Shown: positions 26,901-35,573, counted from the stretch's first letter. The stretch is 50,999 nt of DNA from a bacterium (GCA_041946755.1 JBHGBB010000003.1:1-50999); one strand, 5' to 3'. Notes: a model not told the origin generated them from the letters alone. Numbers and translations: made by a program.

Positions 26901-27292
26901 GGTATACTGGTTGGTATGGTCGATCTGGATTGATTAAGGGAACGCAAGCTGGCGGCGAGAAAGCGAAAATCAGTCAAGTATTCAGCTTACCGAGTAGTGC
27001 GGATAAGAACACCTATGCCTCGATCTGGGTATGTAGTGGTGCATCATCAACCGCAAATACCCCAAAAGTATATTTATATCTCTATAGCTACAATGCGGGG
27101 TATGGTAAAGTTATGGAAAGTGGAAATGCGGTAGTATATTCCGGATTATGGAATCCTACACAATGGAAAGAAATAAAGTTTGGGTATACCCCGATGAGTA
27201 TTTATAATGTAGTTCAGTTTATTGGGATAAATCCATCTGGGAAACCAACTCAATCGATCTATTTCGATTCGGTAGCAGTGAAACAAGAATAA
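23954..27292 (+). CDS. Secreted C1A protease paralog with CARDB-like, Ig-like (ASH/BACON-like), lectin-like and C-terminal beta-sandwich domains
   Basis: RBS GGAGG then ATG at 23954 (MKNF); ADPTDAVIESNETDN CARDB motif; QGSAGSCWAH, NHDI, KNSWG; highly similar to upstream paralog. Confidence 0.92.
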   Translation: MKNFTISMLIVAIVLLSMTSVAPVIAQGLIITTEPIPGIPVSPAQIAPADIKPNSKSILALGNLTPYAPTGWSDKIVVTSSVSNLTTDGTVYANQTSYISWAVINNGTGNIPSAIRFYVYLYINSNFTTGWYGDGLYAGYYLYVTGYPYVFTTIGNNTLQIEADPTDAVIESNETDNSYSRVKSVSGGGPSIRISPTKLDFVNIASFIGTSSQTEPETKTVNAPTGTEDLIGQVAPLNPAFEQYQKDLAMGNINYFTANGFQLGHIPAPLDLSHLKVKSAVSESVLALPSAYDCRTAGKVTAVRNQGSAGSCWAHATYGSMESCLLPGATWDFSENNMKNLLSSAYPQGYDRAASAGGNCFMATAYLTRWTGPILETDDPYNATSGTSPTDKPVQKHIQSVYYPPSRTGATDNATLKQLILSYGGIDSGMYWDDACYNATNYAYYYSGASSDNHDITVVGWDDNFSASKFSPAAPGNGAFLIKNSWGTSWGQNGFFYLSYYDSNIGITNAQFRYTEATTNYTRVYQYDPYGWINSYGYGGTTGWFANIFTALGEENIAAVGWYAGAPNTVYEIRVYKTPDSGPINTGGAALTKTGTATESGFVTISLGTTVTVSSGQRFSVMVKATTPNYNYPIPIEYPVSNYCSKARGNPGESYISGNGTTWSDISSKFTANSNVCLKAYAKSVGQSSNSQKFTVYNDGSGTLSVTNISKTNNKSWITSIAPTSFSVPAAGSQQITVTVSASGLSVAKDTELLKIWSDDTLHNPYSGPTVTISGTPKISTMNSYGQFSTAGDTTKWYFQVYADGSGPGSLSWLPNFAGQTGVIRFQQAAGEKAKLSQTFSVPSAGWYTAKAKVATDIVLTAKQQKVYLYLQEMNSSNAIIACANEVVASGGGGFSSASSWKNLEISYYASGTGLAVQVVGINPSGSGVVGRIYFDDILVTPTAPEGYTGSSVTISNSSFTSNTAGWTIEVYADGTGPGTWSWYTGWYGRSGLIKGTQAGGEKAKISQVFSLPSSADKNTYASIWVCSGASSTANTPKVYLYLYSYNAGYGKVMESGNAVVYSGLWNPTQWKEIKFGYTPMSIYNVVQFIGINPSGKPTQSIYFDSVAVKQE

Positions 27293-27330
27293 TTAAAATA
27301 GTAACTAGAAGATAGAAGATAAAATAAACA

Positions 27331-27367
27331 AATAATCAGATTGCCGAAACTGGTAATCTGATTGTTT
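27331..27367 (+). terminator. Terminator-like hairpin
   Basis: aataatcagattgcc-gaaact-ggtaatctgattgtttt. Confidence 0.65.
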
Positions 27368-27384
27368 TATCTATTGATGATGGC

Positions 27385-27414
27385 TTGACAGTAATCGCTA
27401 TCCTATGGTATTTT
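27385..27414 (+). promoter_or_regulatory. Putative sigma70 promoter for tRNA-Gly
   Basis: TTGACA-N18-TATTTT with TG extension. Confidence 0.5.
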
Positions 27415-27482
27415 AATAGCTGAAATATAGCAGAATCTGGCCGTTTAATCCCTTGTTATATTTAGTCTTACCTGTTCCGGAT

Positions 27483-27558
27483 GCGGGAGTAGTTCAGTTG
27501 GTAGAATACTACCTTGCCAAGGTAGGTGTCGCGGGTTCGAACCCCGTCTCCCGCTCCA
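27483..27558 (+). tRNA. tRNA-Gly (GCC)
   Basis: GCGGGAG acceptor, CTACC-TTGCCAA-GGTAG anticodon arm, GGTTCGAA, encoded CCA; 76 nt. Confidence 0.97.
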
Positions 27559-27601
27559 TCCTCTTAAAAATTCATTTCAAAATGCAAAATTAGCATTGCA
27601 A

Positions 27602-27616
27602 TCCGCCTAAGGCGGA
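27602..27616. repeat. REP-like palindrome TCCGCCTAAGGCGGA, copy 3
   Basis: Identical to 5241-5255. Confidence 0.75.
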
Positions 27617-27631
27617 TAAATTTAAAATGTA

Positions 27632-28612
27632 TTATATGGTTTTAAGCCAATCGAGTGTTTTGGTAAGCCCTTCTCTTAACGAGATATGCGAGTAGCCAAG
27701 TTCGAGTTCGGCTTTTTTTGAGGTATACGTCCAGTCATGTTTATAAATCTCGATAGTACCGTGAGTGTTTTGCGGGGTACGGTTAAAAAGATAGGCTGCC
27801 AGCTCTTCGCCAGTAGCAACTAATCCAGCCAGCCAATAGGGGATATGCCATTTTGGCGCTGGAACACCGGATAATTCTTCTAGAAGCTTAATAAAAGCTA
27901 ACATACTTGCATTTTCTCCACCCAGAATATACCGAGACCCGATGATTGCCCGTTCTAATGCAAGGATTTGTCCATTAACCACATCATCGATATAAACATA
28001 ATTCCATTGTTTAGAACCATCTCCAAGCATTCCGGGTAGTTTCCGATGTAAATATTGCTGGATTAAACTAACCACAATATTCCCTTGGGTTAATTCACCA
28101 GGCCCATAAATCACTCCGGGATATAAGATTACCTGAGCCCCCTCTTCAATACTATATCTCCGGGCGAGCTGATCTGCCAGATACTTGGTTCTTTCATAAT
28201 CATTATAGAATTTCCGGGGATAGAGAACATAATCTTCATCGGCAATGGTTCCATCAGTAGGACCAAGTGCCATAAACGATGAAGTATAAATCACTTTTTC
28301 TATTTTACATTGTTTTGCACATTCAAGTATGTTTCCCAATCCTTCGATATTAACTCGGTCGAATTGGAGTCGATCCCGTAACCACGTTTTAACCATGGCG
28401 GCGATATGGAAAACATATTGGCAGCCATCCATAGCTTTTAATACCGAAGTTTTATCGGTAATATCGCCTTTTACCAATTCAACCCCAAGATTGGCTATAG
28501 CTTCCGCACGATTAACGTCTCGAACTAAAGCACGTACCGGATAATTCCGATTTCGTAGTTCAATAACAAGCTTTTTACCTAAAAAACCGGTTGCGCCAGT
28601 GACTAGAATCAT
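27632..28612 (-). CDS. NAD-dependent epimerase/dehydratase (extended SDR)
   Basis: TGATGFLG, YTSS, YERTK, YGPG. Confidence 0.92.
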   Translation of the reverse strand: MILVTGATGFLGKKLVIELRNRNYPVRALVRDVNRAEAIANLGVELVKGDITDKTSVLKAMDGCQYVFHIAAMVKTWLRDRLQFDRVNIEGLGNILECAKQCKIEKVIYTSSFMALGPTDGTIADEDYVLYPRKFYNDYERTKYLADQLARRYSIEEGAQVILYPGVIYGPGELTQGNIVVSLIQQYLHRKLPGMLGDGSKQWNYVYIDDVVNGQILALERAIIGSRYILGGENASMLAFIKLLEELSGVPAPKWHIPYWLAGLVATGEELAAYLFNRTPQNTHGTIEIYKHDWTYTSKKAELELGYSHISLREGLTKTLDWLKTI

Positions 28613-28635
28613 AATTAATTATGGTTATATAAGGA

Positions 28636-29058
28636 TTATTTCGTTTCGAGTTTTGCGGTACAATAAGCATAAAGTGCATCGTAGATAATTAACTCTTTAT
28701 CTAGAATTTCATAGTCATCTTTACAGATTTTACTAAATCCGGAGGCAATTGCTTCCAATCCCGGACCTTCAGATGCACTATCTCGGTCAGAAGGAATATC
28801 GGCTGCATGTACTATTTTCGCTAATTCCAATACTGCCGGGTCAATGATGTTATATTTCTTGATTATCGATTCAAAACTACACTGTCTATCATGATGGCCA
28901 AGCTCGACTCCCGGTGCATCAAACGGTATCCCTTCAGTTTCATTAATCTTATCAGCTGGAACGAAAATGAATTCTGCTTGTGGGTCGATATATTTCTTTA
29001 TCAACCACGGACATGCTACCCGATCAACTTTAATATGTTCTCTAGTAACCCATCGCAT
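28636..29058 (-). CDS. ChrB C-terminal-domain (chromate resistance) protein
   Basis: MRWVTRE..KVDRVACPWLI, PFD, H...CSFE, IVHAAD, YDALY. Confidence 0.88.
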   Translation of the reverse strand: MRWVTREHIKVDRVACPWLIKKYIDPQAEFIFVPADKINETEGIPFDAPGVELGHHDRQCSFESIIKKYNIIDPAVLELAKIVHAADIPSDRDSASEGPGLEAIASGFSKICKDDYEILDKELIIYDALYAYCTAKLETK

Positions 29059-29079
29059 ATATCTCTCCTCTATAGTATT

Positions 29080-29251
29080 GTCAAATATAATAACTTGACC
29101 TGATGCATTATGGTATACTATTTAGAAACTAATACCTAAACTTATATTAGAGTTAACAGTATATTTCAAAGAATTTATATGGTTATTATTAAAAATAACC
29201 AATAAATTATTTAAGAGCAACATCAAATTCGGTCAAGCAATAATATTTGAC
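29080..29251. mobile_element. Putative MITE/IS remnant (172 bp)
   Basis: 21-bp imperfect terminal inverted repeats (18/21) flanked on both sides by GTATT (29075-29079, 29252-29256). Confidence 0.55.
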
Positions 29252-29268
29252 GTATTTATCAGTTCCTA

Positions 29269-29727
29269 TTATTCAGCAAACGGTGGCGGTTTTATTCCTT
29301 TTAGACGAATATACACAAAAAGCTGTGCTCGATGATGGATCATATGGTCTCGCATACCCCACATAAGCATACTGGTGGTCATTTCTACTCCCCAAGGGGT
29401 TTTAATCATCTTGTTTAATTGTTCTTCTGATATTTCTTCAAGGGTAGCAATGCTTTGTTTATGTGCCGTTTTTAGTAAATCTATAATTTCCTGTTTGGTC
29501 TTATAATTTTCTGCTGGATATTTGTTTCTAGGCCAAGTTCCAGTTTTAATCAAATCGGTAAATCCAGCTTCCGCGCCGATAATATGAAACAGTAACTCCT
29601 TAAAACTGAATATTTCTGGGGTTGGTTTGAAATCGTAATCTTTCTCATCCATGGATTCTGCTACTTTAACTACTCCTTTAAAAAATGCTTCTACCCGGGC
29701 AATATAATTTTGTATCTCTTGATTCAT
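29269..29727 (-). CDS. DinB/YfiT family protein
   Basis: DFKPTP, LLFHI, HMIHHRAQL.VY.RL.G..PP. Confidence 0.92.
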   Translation of the reverse strand: MNQEIQNYIARVEAFFKGVVKVAESMDEKDYDFKPTPEIFSFKELLFHIIGAEAGFTDLIKTGTWPRNKYPAENYKTKQEIIDLLKTAHKQSIATLEEISEEQLNKMIKTPWGVEMTTSMLMWGMRDHMIHHRAQLFVYIRLKGIKPPPFAE

Positions 29728-30098
29728 AGATAAGAATCCTCCCTTAATAAATTTAGTTTTGTTACCAAAATAGTAATAATTTACGTTTTATACCGGAGAT
29801 ATGACGAGGGATATCCGATATCCCTCGTCAAAGCACAACTTTGCTTCAATGGAAATAAAGATTCAAAAAAGTTTGGTAGTGCTCCTGTTAATTGATTATT
29901 GTAATTTAGATTTATGTATATGAGCAAACTGCAAATATTACAGTTTGCTCGTAACCTATATATGAATCAATAATCTATATAATTTTACTTTATTAGAAAA
30001 TCTTTAAACAACTATATATAAATATAGCTATATTGAACTATATAGGCATAATATATATTGATAATAAAAGAGTTACAGTTTAAATAACTTCGAAATAG

Positions 30099-30611
30099 TT
30101 ATTTCTTTTTTCTAGATGATTTCGTTTGCTTAACAAATTCAGCTTGTATTTTTTGTTTGGTTTCAATCGGGTCTTCAACAATAATTTTCGAACCGCCTAG
30201 AATATCTAAAAATCCAAGTTCGCTATAATACCGCGGGACAATATGCATATGAAGATGTTTAATACTCGCACCGCTAGCTTCTCGAATATTATACCCGATA
30301 GTAAATCCGCTTGGTTCATAAATCTGTTCAAGAACGCCTAATGATATATTCTGTAATCGATTTAGCTCTTTAACTTCTGTAGGAGTCAAGGCTCTTGGGT
30401 CTACAATATGCCGGTTTGGGAAAAGCATTAAATGCCCTGGATTATATGGGAATAGGTTTAGACTTATAGAGAAAAGTTTGGTCTTATATATGGTTAGATT
30501 AACTACCTTAGGTGAGTTATTTAATATATCGCAAAGAATACAACCCGGATAATGTCTTCGTTGATGTATATATTTCCGTTTGCCAGGAACAAAAAGGTGT
30601 TTTTTTAACAT
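30099..30611 (-). CDS. HIT family hydrolase
   Basis: CILC, LNLFPYNPGHLM, HLHMHIVPR. Confidence 0.93.
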   Translation of the reverse strand: MLKKHLFVPGKRKYIHQRRHYPGCILCDILNNSPKVVNLTIYKTKLFSISLNLFPYNPGHLMLFPNRHIVDPRALTPTEVKELNRLQNISLGVLEQIYEPSGFTIGYNIREASGASIKHLHMHIVPRYYSELGFLDILGGSKIIVEDPIETKQKIQAEFVKQTKSSRKKK

Positions 30612-30716
30612 AACTTATTTAAAATCAATATTTATATATTATTTTCCAAATGGAAAATAAATATATTGGGTTTAGCTGTCAAGCTGTTATTATATTAATA
30701 GTCGAAATCAAGAAAA

Positions 30717-31601
30717 TTAAACCTTCTTAACCCCGAACCGATCAAGTAATCGATCGAGTTCATCCAGGGTATGAAACTCTATTTCGATTTTACCTTGTTT
30801 CCCATGAACATATACCCTAACCTTGGTTCCCAGAGTTCGTTGTAATTGATCTTCTAGTGCAACAACTTCAGGTTTCGGTAAAGGTTTAGTTTTTTTAACG
30901 CTCGGTCCAGAAACCAGCTTCTTAACATAATCTTCTGTCTGCCGGACCGATAACTGATGATGGATAACGAACTGCGCCCCATCTTCTTGAGCTTTTATTG
31001 AAAGTAACGATAATAAAGCTCTTGCATGTCCCATTGATAATGTTCCACGTGAAACATTATTCTGGACCGATTCAGGTAACTGCAATAATCTCAATATATT
31101 AGCCACTGAAGACCGGTCCTGGCCGATTCGTTTAGCCACTTCTTCTTGAGTTAAACTGAATTGATCGATTAATCGCTGGAATCCTTTAGCCTTTTCGATC
31201 GGATTCAAATCATCCCGCTGTAGGTTCTCAATCAGTGCTAATTCTAGCGATTCTTCATCATCAACCTCTTTAACAATCGCTGGAATAATCACTAAGTTCA
31301 GCTTTAATGCTGCTCGATATCGCCGTTCTCCGGCAATAAGTTCATAACCTCCATCAACTTTCCGAACATGTATTGGGCTAATTACCCCCTTTTCAGCAAT
31401 AGATGCCGTTAATTCAGATAAAGATTCTTCAGAGAAATCAGAGCGCGGCTGTAATCGATTCGGTTTAATACTTGAAATCGGCAGGTTAACTAATCCGGTA
31501 GATTTCGTTTCAGTTTCAATAACACTAGTAAAATCAGTCTTTTTATCGGTAGGAATTAATGCTGATAATCCTTTACCCAACCCTTGTTTCTTCACGTTCA
31601 A
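30717..31601 (-). CDS. parB: Chromosome partitioning protein ParB/Spo0J (start possibly GTG at 31595)
   Basis: GLGKGLSALI, QPR, AGERRYRA, ENLQRDDL, HARALL. Confidence 0.97.
   Translation of the reverse strand: MNVKKQGLGKGLSALIPTDKKTDFTSVIETETKSTGLVNLPISSIKPNRLQPRSDFSEESLSELTASIAEKGVISPIHVRKVDGGYELIAGERRYRAALKLNLVIIPAIVKEVDDEESLELALIENLQRDDLNPIEKAKGFQRLIDQFSLTQEEVAKRIGQDRSSVANILRLLQLPESVQNNVSRGTLSMGHARALLSLLSIKAQEDGAQFVIHHQLSVRQTEDYVKKLVSGPSVKKTKPLPKPEVVALEDQLQRTLGTKVRVYVHGKQGKIEIEFHTLDELDRLLDRFGVKKV
31041..31056. promoter_or_regulatory. parS site inside parB
   Basis: TGTTCCACGTGAAACA. Confidence 0.9.
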
Positions 31602-32349
31602 TCACCTCTTGAGTTAATTTTATATAAGCTTCTGCTCCGGAAGAACGAAAATCATATATAATTATCGGTTTTCCGAATCCCGGTGCTTCGCTTAATCGAA
31701 TCGATCGGGGAATAACGGTATTAAACACCTGAGAGCTGAAATGTTTCTTAACATCATCGGCGACCTGTGCGGCTAGATTGGTTCGACCATCATACATGGT
31801 TAATACAATCCCTAAAAAAGATAATTCAGGGTTTAATGAGGTTTTAACCAGATCTATAGTAGCTAATAACTTAGCGAATCCTTCTAACGCATAATATTCG
31901 CATTGTAACGGTACCAGGATTTTATCTGCAGCAACCAGAGCATCAACGGTTAATAATCCTAATGAAGGCGGAGTATCGATTAAAATATAATCATACACGT
32001 CGCGCAGGGGATTAATCTTTTCCCGGAATAGGTATTCGCGACGATCAACATCCACCAATTCGATTTGCGCTCCATTAAGCTGGTCGTTTGAAGGAATTAA
32101 ATCAAGAAGAGGTATAATTGTCTTAATTATTAGCTCGGTTGGAGCAATAGAATTTATCAGAAGATCATAAACGCTTTTCTCGATATTATTTTTTTCGATA
32201 CCTAATCCGCTAGTAGCGTTAGCCTGCGGATCTATATCAATCAATAGTGTCTTTTTACCAGCCGCAGCAAGGCATGCAGCTAGATTAACCGCAGTGGTAG
32301 TCTTTCCGACACCACCTTTTTGATTAGCAATAGCTATAATTCGGGGCAT
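31573..32349 (-). CDS. parA: Chromosome partitioning ATPase ParA/Soj
   Basis: NQKGGVGKTTT, DIDPQANAT, IDTPPSLG, QCEYYALEG, RLSEAP. Confidence 0.98.
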   Translation of the reverse strand: MPRIIAIANQKGGVGKTTTAVNLAACLAAAGKKTLLIDIDPQANATSGLGIEKNNIEKSVYDLLINSIAPTELIIKTIIPLLDLIPSNDQLNGAQIELVDVDRREYLFREKINPLRDVYDYILIDTPPSLGLLTVDALVAADKILVPLQCEYYALEGFAKLLATIDLVKTSLNPELSFLGIVLTMYDGRTNLAAQVADDVKKHFSSQVFNTVIPRSIRLSEAPGFGKPIIIYDFRSSGAEAYIKLTQEVIEREETRVG

Positions 32350-32390
32350 AAATTCAAAAAATCAGAACTCTATTATCTGCAACCAACTAA

Positions 32391-32406
32391 TGTTCCACGT
32401 GAAACA
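32391..32406. promoter_or_regulatory. parS site upstream of parA
   Basis: TGTTCCACGTGAAACA. Confidence 0.9.
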
Positions 32407-32566
32407 TTTTTGATTAAATATGCTGATAAATGAGCAAATAACTATAAAATAAAATTTAAGATAACATAGGATAACAAATTTGTCTAGTAGAAATAATTAA
32501 AATTAATAAATATATTAGATTCTAGCGATTGGAGTAGCAGGATAGAGTAAATAAAAATAAAAAAGA

Positions 32567-32665
32567 AAAGCTCGGTATCTGACAGAGGGATTTGAGGGGA
32601 ACACGCTCTATTTGAAAAGATTTCGTACCCGGCAAAGGTACTTTTTTTCAGTCAGGCCGAGCTTT
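32567..32665 (-). ncRNA. Putative structured RNA or extended terminator
   Basis: Closing stems aaagctcgg/ccgagcttt and ctgac/gtcag, internal gtacc..ggtac hairpin, followed by U-tract on minus strand. Confidence 0.3.
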
Positions 32666-32711
32666 ATTGCAGCAATATAATTATATTATTGAAATGAATA
32701 CTTTCTAACTT

Positions 32712-32900
32712 TTAATTGACTAATCTAACGTGGAGGATGCTAGTCCCATTTTTATAGCAATGCCCTTTTTTAACGCCACCGAATCCTTTGGCTTTTTGCA
32801 TTGCTTCGAGAATATTATTTGCTCGAATGAGAAGGCGCCGCTCAATAAAACGTCCAGAACCAACATGCCCTCCCTTAACCAAACAATGATATATATGCAA
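32712..32900 (-). CDS. Small basic hypothetical protein (62 aa, GGHVG motif)
   Basis: TTG start at 32900 behind GAAGGGGG RBS and a sigma54 promoter. Confidence 0.7.
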   Translation of the reverse strand: MHIYHCLVKGGHVGSGRFIERRLLIRANNILEAMQKAKGFGGVKKGHCYKNGTSILHVRLVN

Positions 32901-32929
32901 ACTCTCACCCCCTTCGGTAACAATTATAA

Positions 32930-32946
32930 AGCAATAATCATACCAA
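32930..32946 (-). promoter_or_regulatory. Sigma54 -24/-12 promoter
   Basis: TTGGTATGATTATTGCT, GG-N10-GC, matching TGGYAY-N5-TTGCW. Confidence 0.8.
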
Positions 32947-32986
32947 ATAGCATATAAAACAACAAAATATATCATAACACTAATAT

Positions 32987-33081
32987 TATCAGTTGTTTAT
33001 AAAAATATACCAATTAAGTGTATAAATGGTTAACAACAATATGTGTAAGATAATTAGACAGTACCGTTTAGTTTATATACA
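32987..33081. promoter_or_regulatory. IHF-like site and tandem enhancer (UAS) boxes
   Basis: TATCAGTTGTTTA (32987-32999) fits WATCARN4TTR; TGT-N11-ACA at 33019-33035 and 33044-33060, CGT-N11-ACA at 33065-33081. Confidence 0.6.
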
Positions 33082-33121
33082 ATTCTGTTTAATTTAATTT
33101 TGATTGGAATAAAGAAAGTAA

Positions 33122-35092
33122 TTAACCAAAAGAAGAAGAGATTTCAGGTTTATTGAGATTGAATTTCTTGATTTTTTCGTAAAGGGTAGTTCGGGTAAGA
33201 CCCAATTGGGTAGCGGTTTTGCTAATATTCCACCCATTAATATTTAAAGCATGTAGAATATATTTTTTCTCGATTTCTTCTAAAGGAAGAATACGAGACA
33301 TCGTTTGCGGTTCATTCATAATATCCGATATCGATTCTCCGGCATCTAAGGCATGCAAATCCGCTGGTTCAATAATGTTCGTAGTGGCCATAACTACAAT
33401 CCGCTCAATCATATTTTCCAGTTCTCGAACATTACCAGGCCAATCTTTCGATCGGAGAATTTCCATCGTTTCGGGAGATAATGTAATCGCACCAGCCTTA
33501 TCATATTTACGCAAAAAATGCGCCACTAAATATGAAATATCTTCTGGTCGCTCTCGTAAGGAAGGCATATGAATCGGAATAACATTAAGTCGATAAAATA
33601 AATCTTCCCGGAATCGTTTTTCGCTAATCGCAAGATGTAAATCCTGGTTGGTGGCGGCAATAATCCGAACATCAACTTTAATGGTCTGATTACCACCTAC
33701 TCGTTCGAATTCCCGCTCCTGAAGAACGCGAAGTAGTTTCAGTTGCAGTACCGGGCTCATATCTCCTATTTCTTCCAAAAAAATCGTGCCGTGATTAGCC
33801 GCTTCAAATCGACCAATTCTTCGCGCAGTCGCACCGGTAAACGCCCCTTTTTCGTGCCCGAATAATTCCGATTCCAATAATGTTTCCGGAATCGCATTGC
33901 AATTGACCACAATAAACGGTTGGTTTTTCCGGGGACTATTCTGATGGATGGTTTTAGCAATTAAGGTTTTCCCGGTACCATTTTCCCCTGTAATAAGCAC
34001 TGTTGAATCGATCGCTGCGGCCAACCGTGCTTTCCGAACCACTTCCTTCATTTTCGAGCTACTTCCAATAATTCTCAATCCGCTTGCAGTAGTATCTACT
34101 ATGGAACTGGTCGGCGAAATACCGGGTTTAACCATATCGAAAGTAAATGAAGCACCTTCCATAAAACTAATAAATTCGCTAAATTCTTTGGTTGTTGGAG
34201 CTTCTTGGTCTTTAGCAGTATTAGCGAACCCATGTTTTGCATAAATCAAACCCAGATTATAAATTGCATTTGCATTTCCCGGTTCTCTTCGAATAATCTC
34301 ATTAAACTGCTCGATTGCTTTTTGGATTTGACCGGATTTATAATAAGCAATTCCTAAATTGTTGCGTGTCGATAAGGTATCCAAAACGCTCGGAGTCAAC
34401 TCGATTACCCGTAAATACGCACCAATTGCTTTTTCAAAATCATTGATTCCCAGATAACAATCACCTAATGCCTGATATGACGCTACCAAATATGGGTTTA
34501 ACCGGATCGATTCTTGTAAATCGACGATAGCTTCTTTCGGAACCGCATTTCGGGATCGGGCTAATCCTAAATAAAAATAAATATCTGCAATGAATAAATT
34601 TTGTTGCGGATAGAACAAACCAAGATAATATTTGTTCGGTTTATATTCATTTTTTAATTCTAACGCTGCTTTAAATTTATCAATCGCCTGATTAACCTCA
34701 CCCCGATATAGGGAGATTAAACCAAGATTAAAATAAAGATCAACCGATTTATAGTTTAGTTTTTCCGCCTGTTGATATGCTTGATACGCCTGATGATGTT
34801 TTCCGGAATGCAGATAACAATGACCGAGATCACAAAATAGATGCGGGTCGTTCATCTCAGGATAGTCTTTCAGAATTTTCTCATATAACTGGGTGGCTTT
34901 TTCATAATCACCCAGCATAAACAGATGCTGCGCTTGCTGATATGTTGAAGAGGTTAGAATTGAAATCGGCTTCACTGCGGTCCGCGGCCTAGATTCGGTG
35001 GTTTTCTCTGGCGTTGATGAAATTACTTGCCCGCAGTTCGAGCAAAACCGGCTGGTTTTAGAAACACGTCTCCCGCAAGATTGACAAACCAA
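33122..35092 (-). CDS. Sigma54-dependent activator with N-terminal Zn ribbon and TPR sensor
   Basis: CQSC..FCSNCG, multiple TPRs, [40 protein letters not shown], Fis HTH; RBS AGGAGG before TTG. Confidence 0.93.
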   Translation of the reverse strand: MVCQSCGRRVSKTSRFCSNCGQVISSTPEKTTESRPRTAVKPISILTSSTYQQAQHLFMLGDYEKATQLYEKILKDYPEMNDPHLFCDLGHCYLHSGKHHQAYQAYQQAEKLNYKSVDLYFNLGLISLYRGEVNQAIDKFKAALELKNEYKPNKYYLGLFYPQQNLFIADIYFYLGLARSRNAVPKEAIVDLQESIRLNPYLVASYQALGDCYLGINDFEKAIGAYLRVIELTPSVLDTLSTRNNLGIAYYKSGQIQKAIEQFNEIIRREPGNANAIYNLGLIYAKHGFANTAKDQEAPTTKEFSEFISFMEGASFTFDMVKPGISPTSSIVDTTASGLRIIGSSSKMKEVVRKARLAAAIDSTVLITGENGTGKTLIAKTIHQNSPRKNQPFIVVNCNAIPETLLESELFGHEKGAFTGATARRIGRFEAANHGTIFLEEIGDMSPVLQLKLLRVLQEREFERVGGNQTIKVDVRIIAATNQDLHLAISEKRFREDLFYRLNVIPIHMPSLRERPEDISYLVAHFLRKYDKAGAITLSPETMEILRSKDWPGNVRELENMIERIVVMATTNIIEPADLHALDAGESISDIMNEPQTMSRILPLEEIEKKYILHALNINGWNISKTATQLGLTRTTLYEKIKKFNLNKPEISSSFG

Positions 35093-35141
35093 ATACTTTC
35101 ACCTCCTTTCTATAAAAGCAGCTATACCATTCCACCGAAAA

Positions 35142-35486
35142 TTATCCTGAATTCGGTTTCGGCGGCTGCGTTTCAGGTTGTATTTGTTCTTTTAACCAGC
35201 GGATTCGTTCTTCAGCAATATATGCGAATTTGGGATATTTCTCGATAAGCGATCGATAAATCTTTTCCGCATCTTGGTATAAATGCTGATGTTCCAGTTC
35301 ATATCCTTTTCGGAATTCCTTTTCAAATCGGACCAATTCTTCGCGATCTTGTTCGTTCAATGATTTTAGGAGATAACCAAGACCACCTAGGGTAGATGCG
35401 GCAAGAAATCCTATAAAATATGGCGGAAATGCTAAAGAAAGTAATAGAAAACCGACTGCGGCTAAACCGTATTCTTCTTTACGCAT
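35142..35486 (-). CDS. Small membrane protein with TPR-like C-terminal helix pair
   Basis: Two TM segments then AEKIYRSLIEKYP; start likely MRKEEY. Confidence 0.6.
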   Translation of the reverse strand: MRKEEYGLAAVGFLLLSLAFPPYFIGFLAASTLGGLGYLLKSLNEQDREELVRFEKEFRKGYELEHQHLYQDAEKIYRSLIEKYPKFAYIAEERIRWLKEQIQPETQPPKPNSG

Positions 35487-35573
35487 ACATTTTAATCGGT
35501 TTATGAAATACTGTCCCAAGCAAAATAAATTATTCTTTTTTGTTTAAGACGGCTATTTCAAACTACTAACCAT

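Noticed and set aside
21123-27292. Diversity-generating retroelement TR/VR pair between protease paralogs
   Set aside because: Differences are spread over all bases and the whole gene, and no reverse transcriptase is present; ordinary tandem duplication
29059-29268. Fluoride riboswitch upstream of chrB
   Set aside because: No GGCGATGG..CGCC/GCTxATGAC consensus on the minus strand
27483-29727. Genomic island integrated at tRNA-Gly
   Set aside because: No integrase and no duplicated tRNA 3' end noticed in the window
29950-32560. oriC in AT-rich gaps near parAB
   Set aside because: No cluster of TTATCCACA DnaA boxes seen and no dnaA/dnaN in the window
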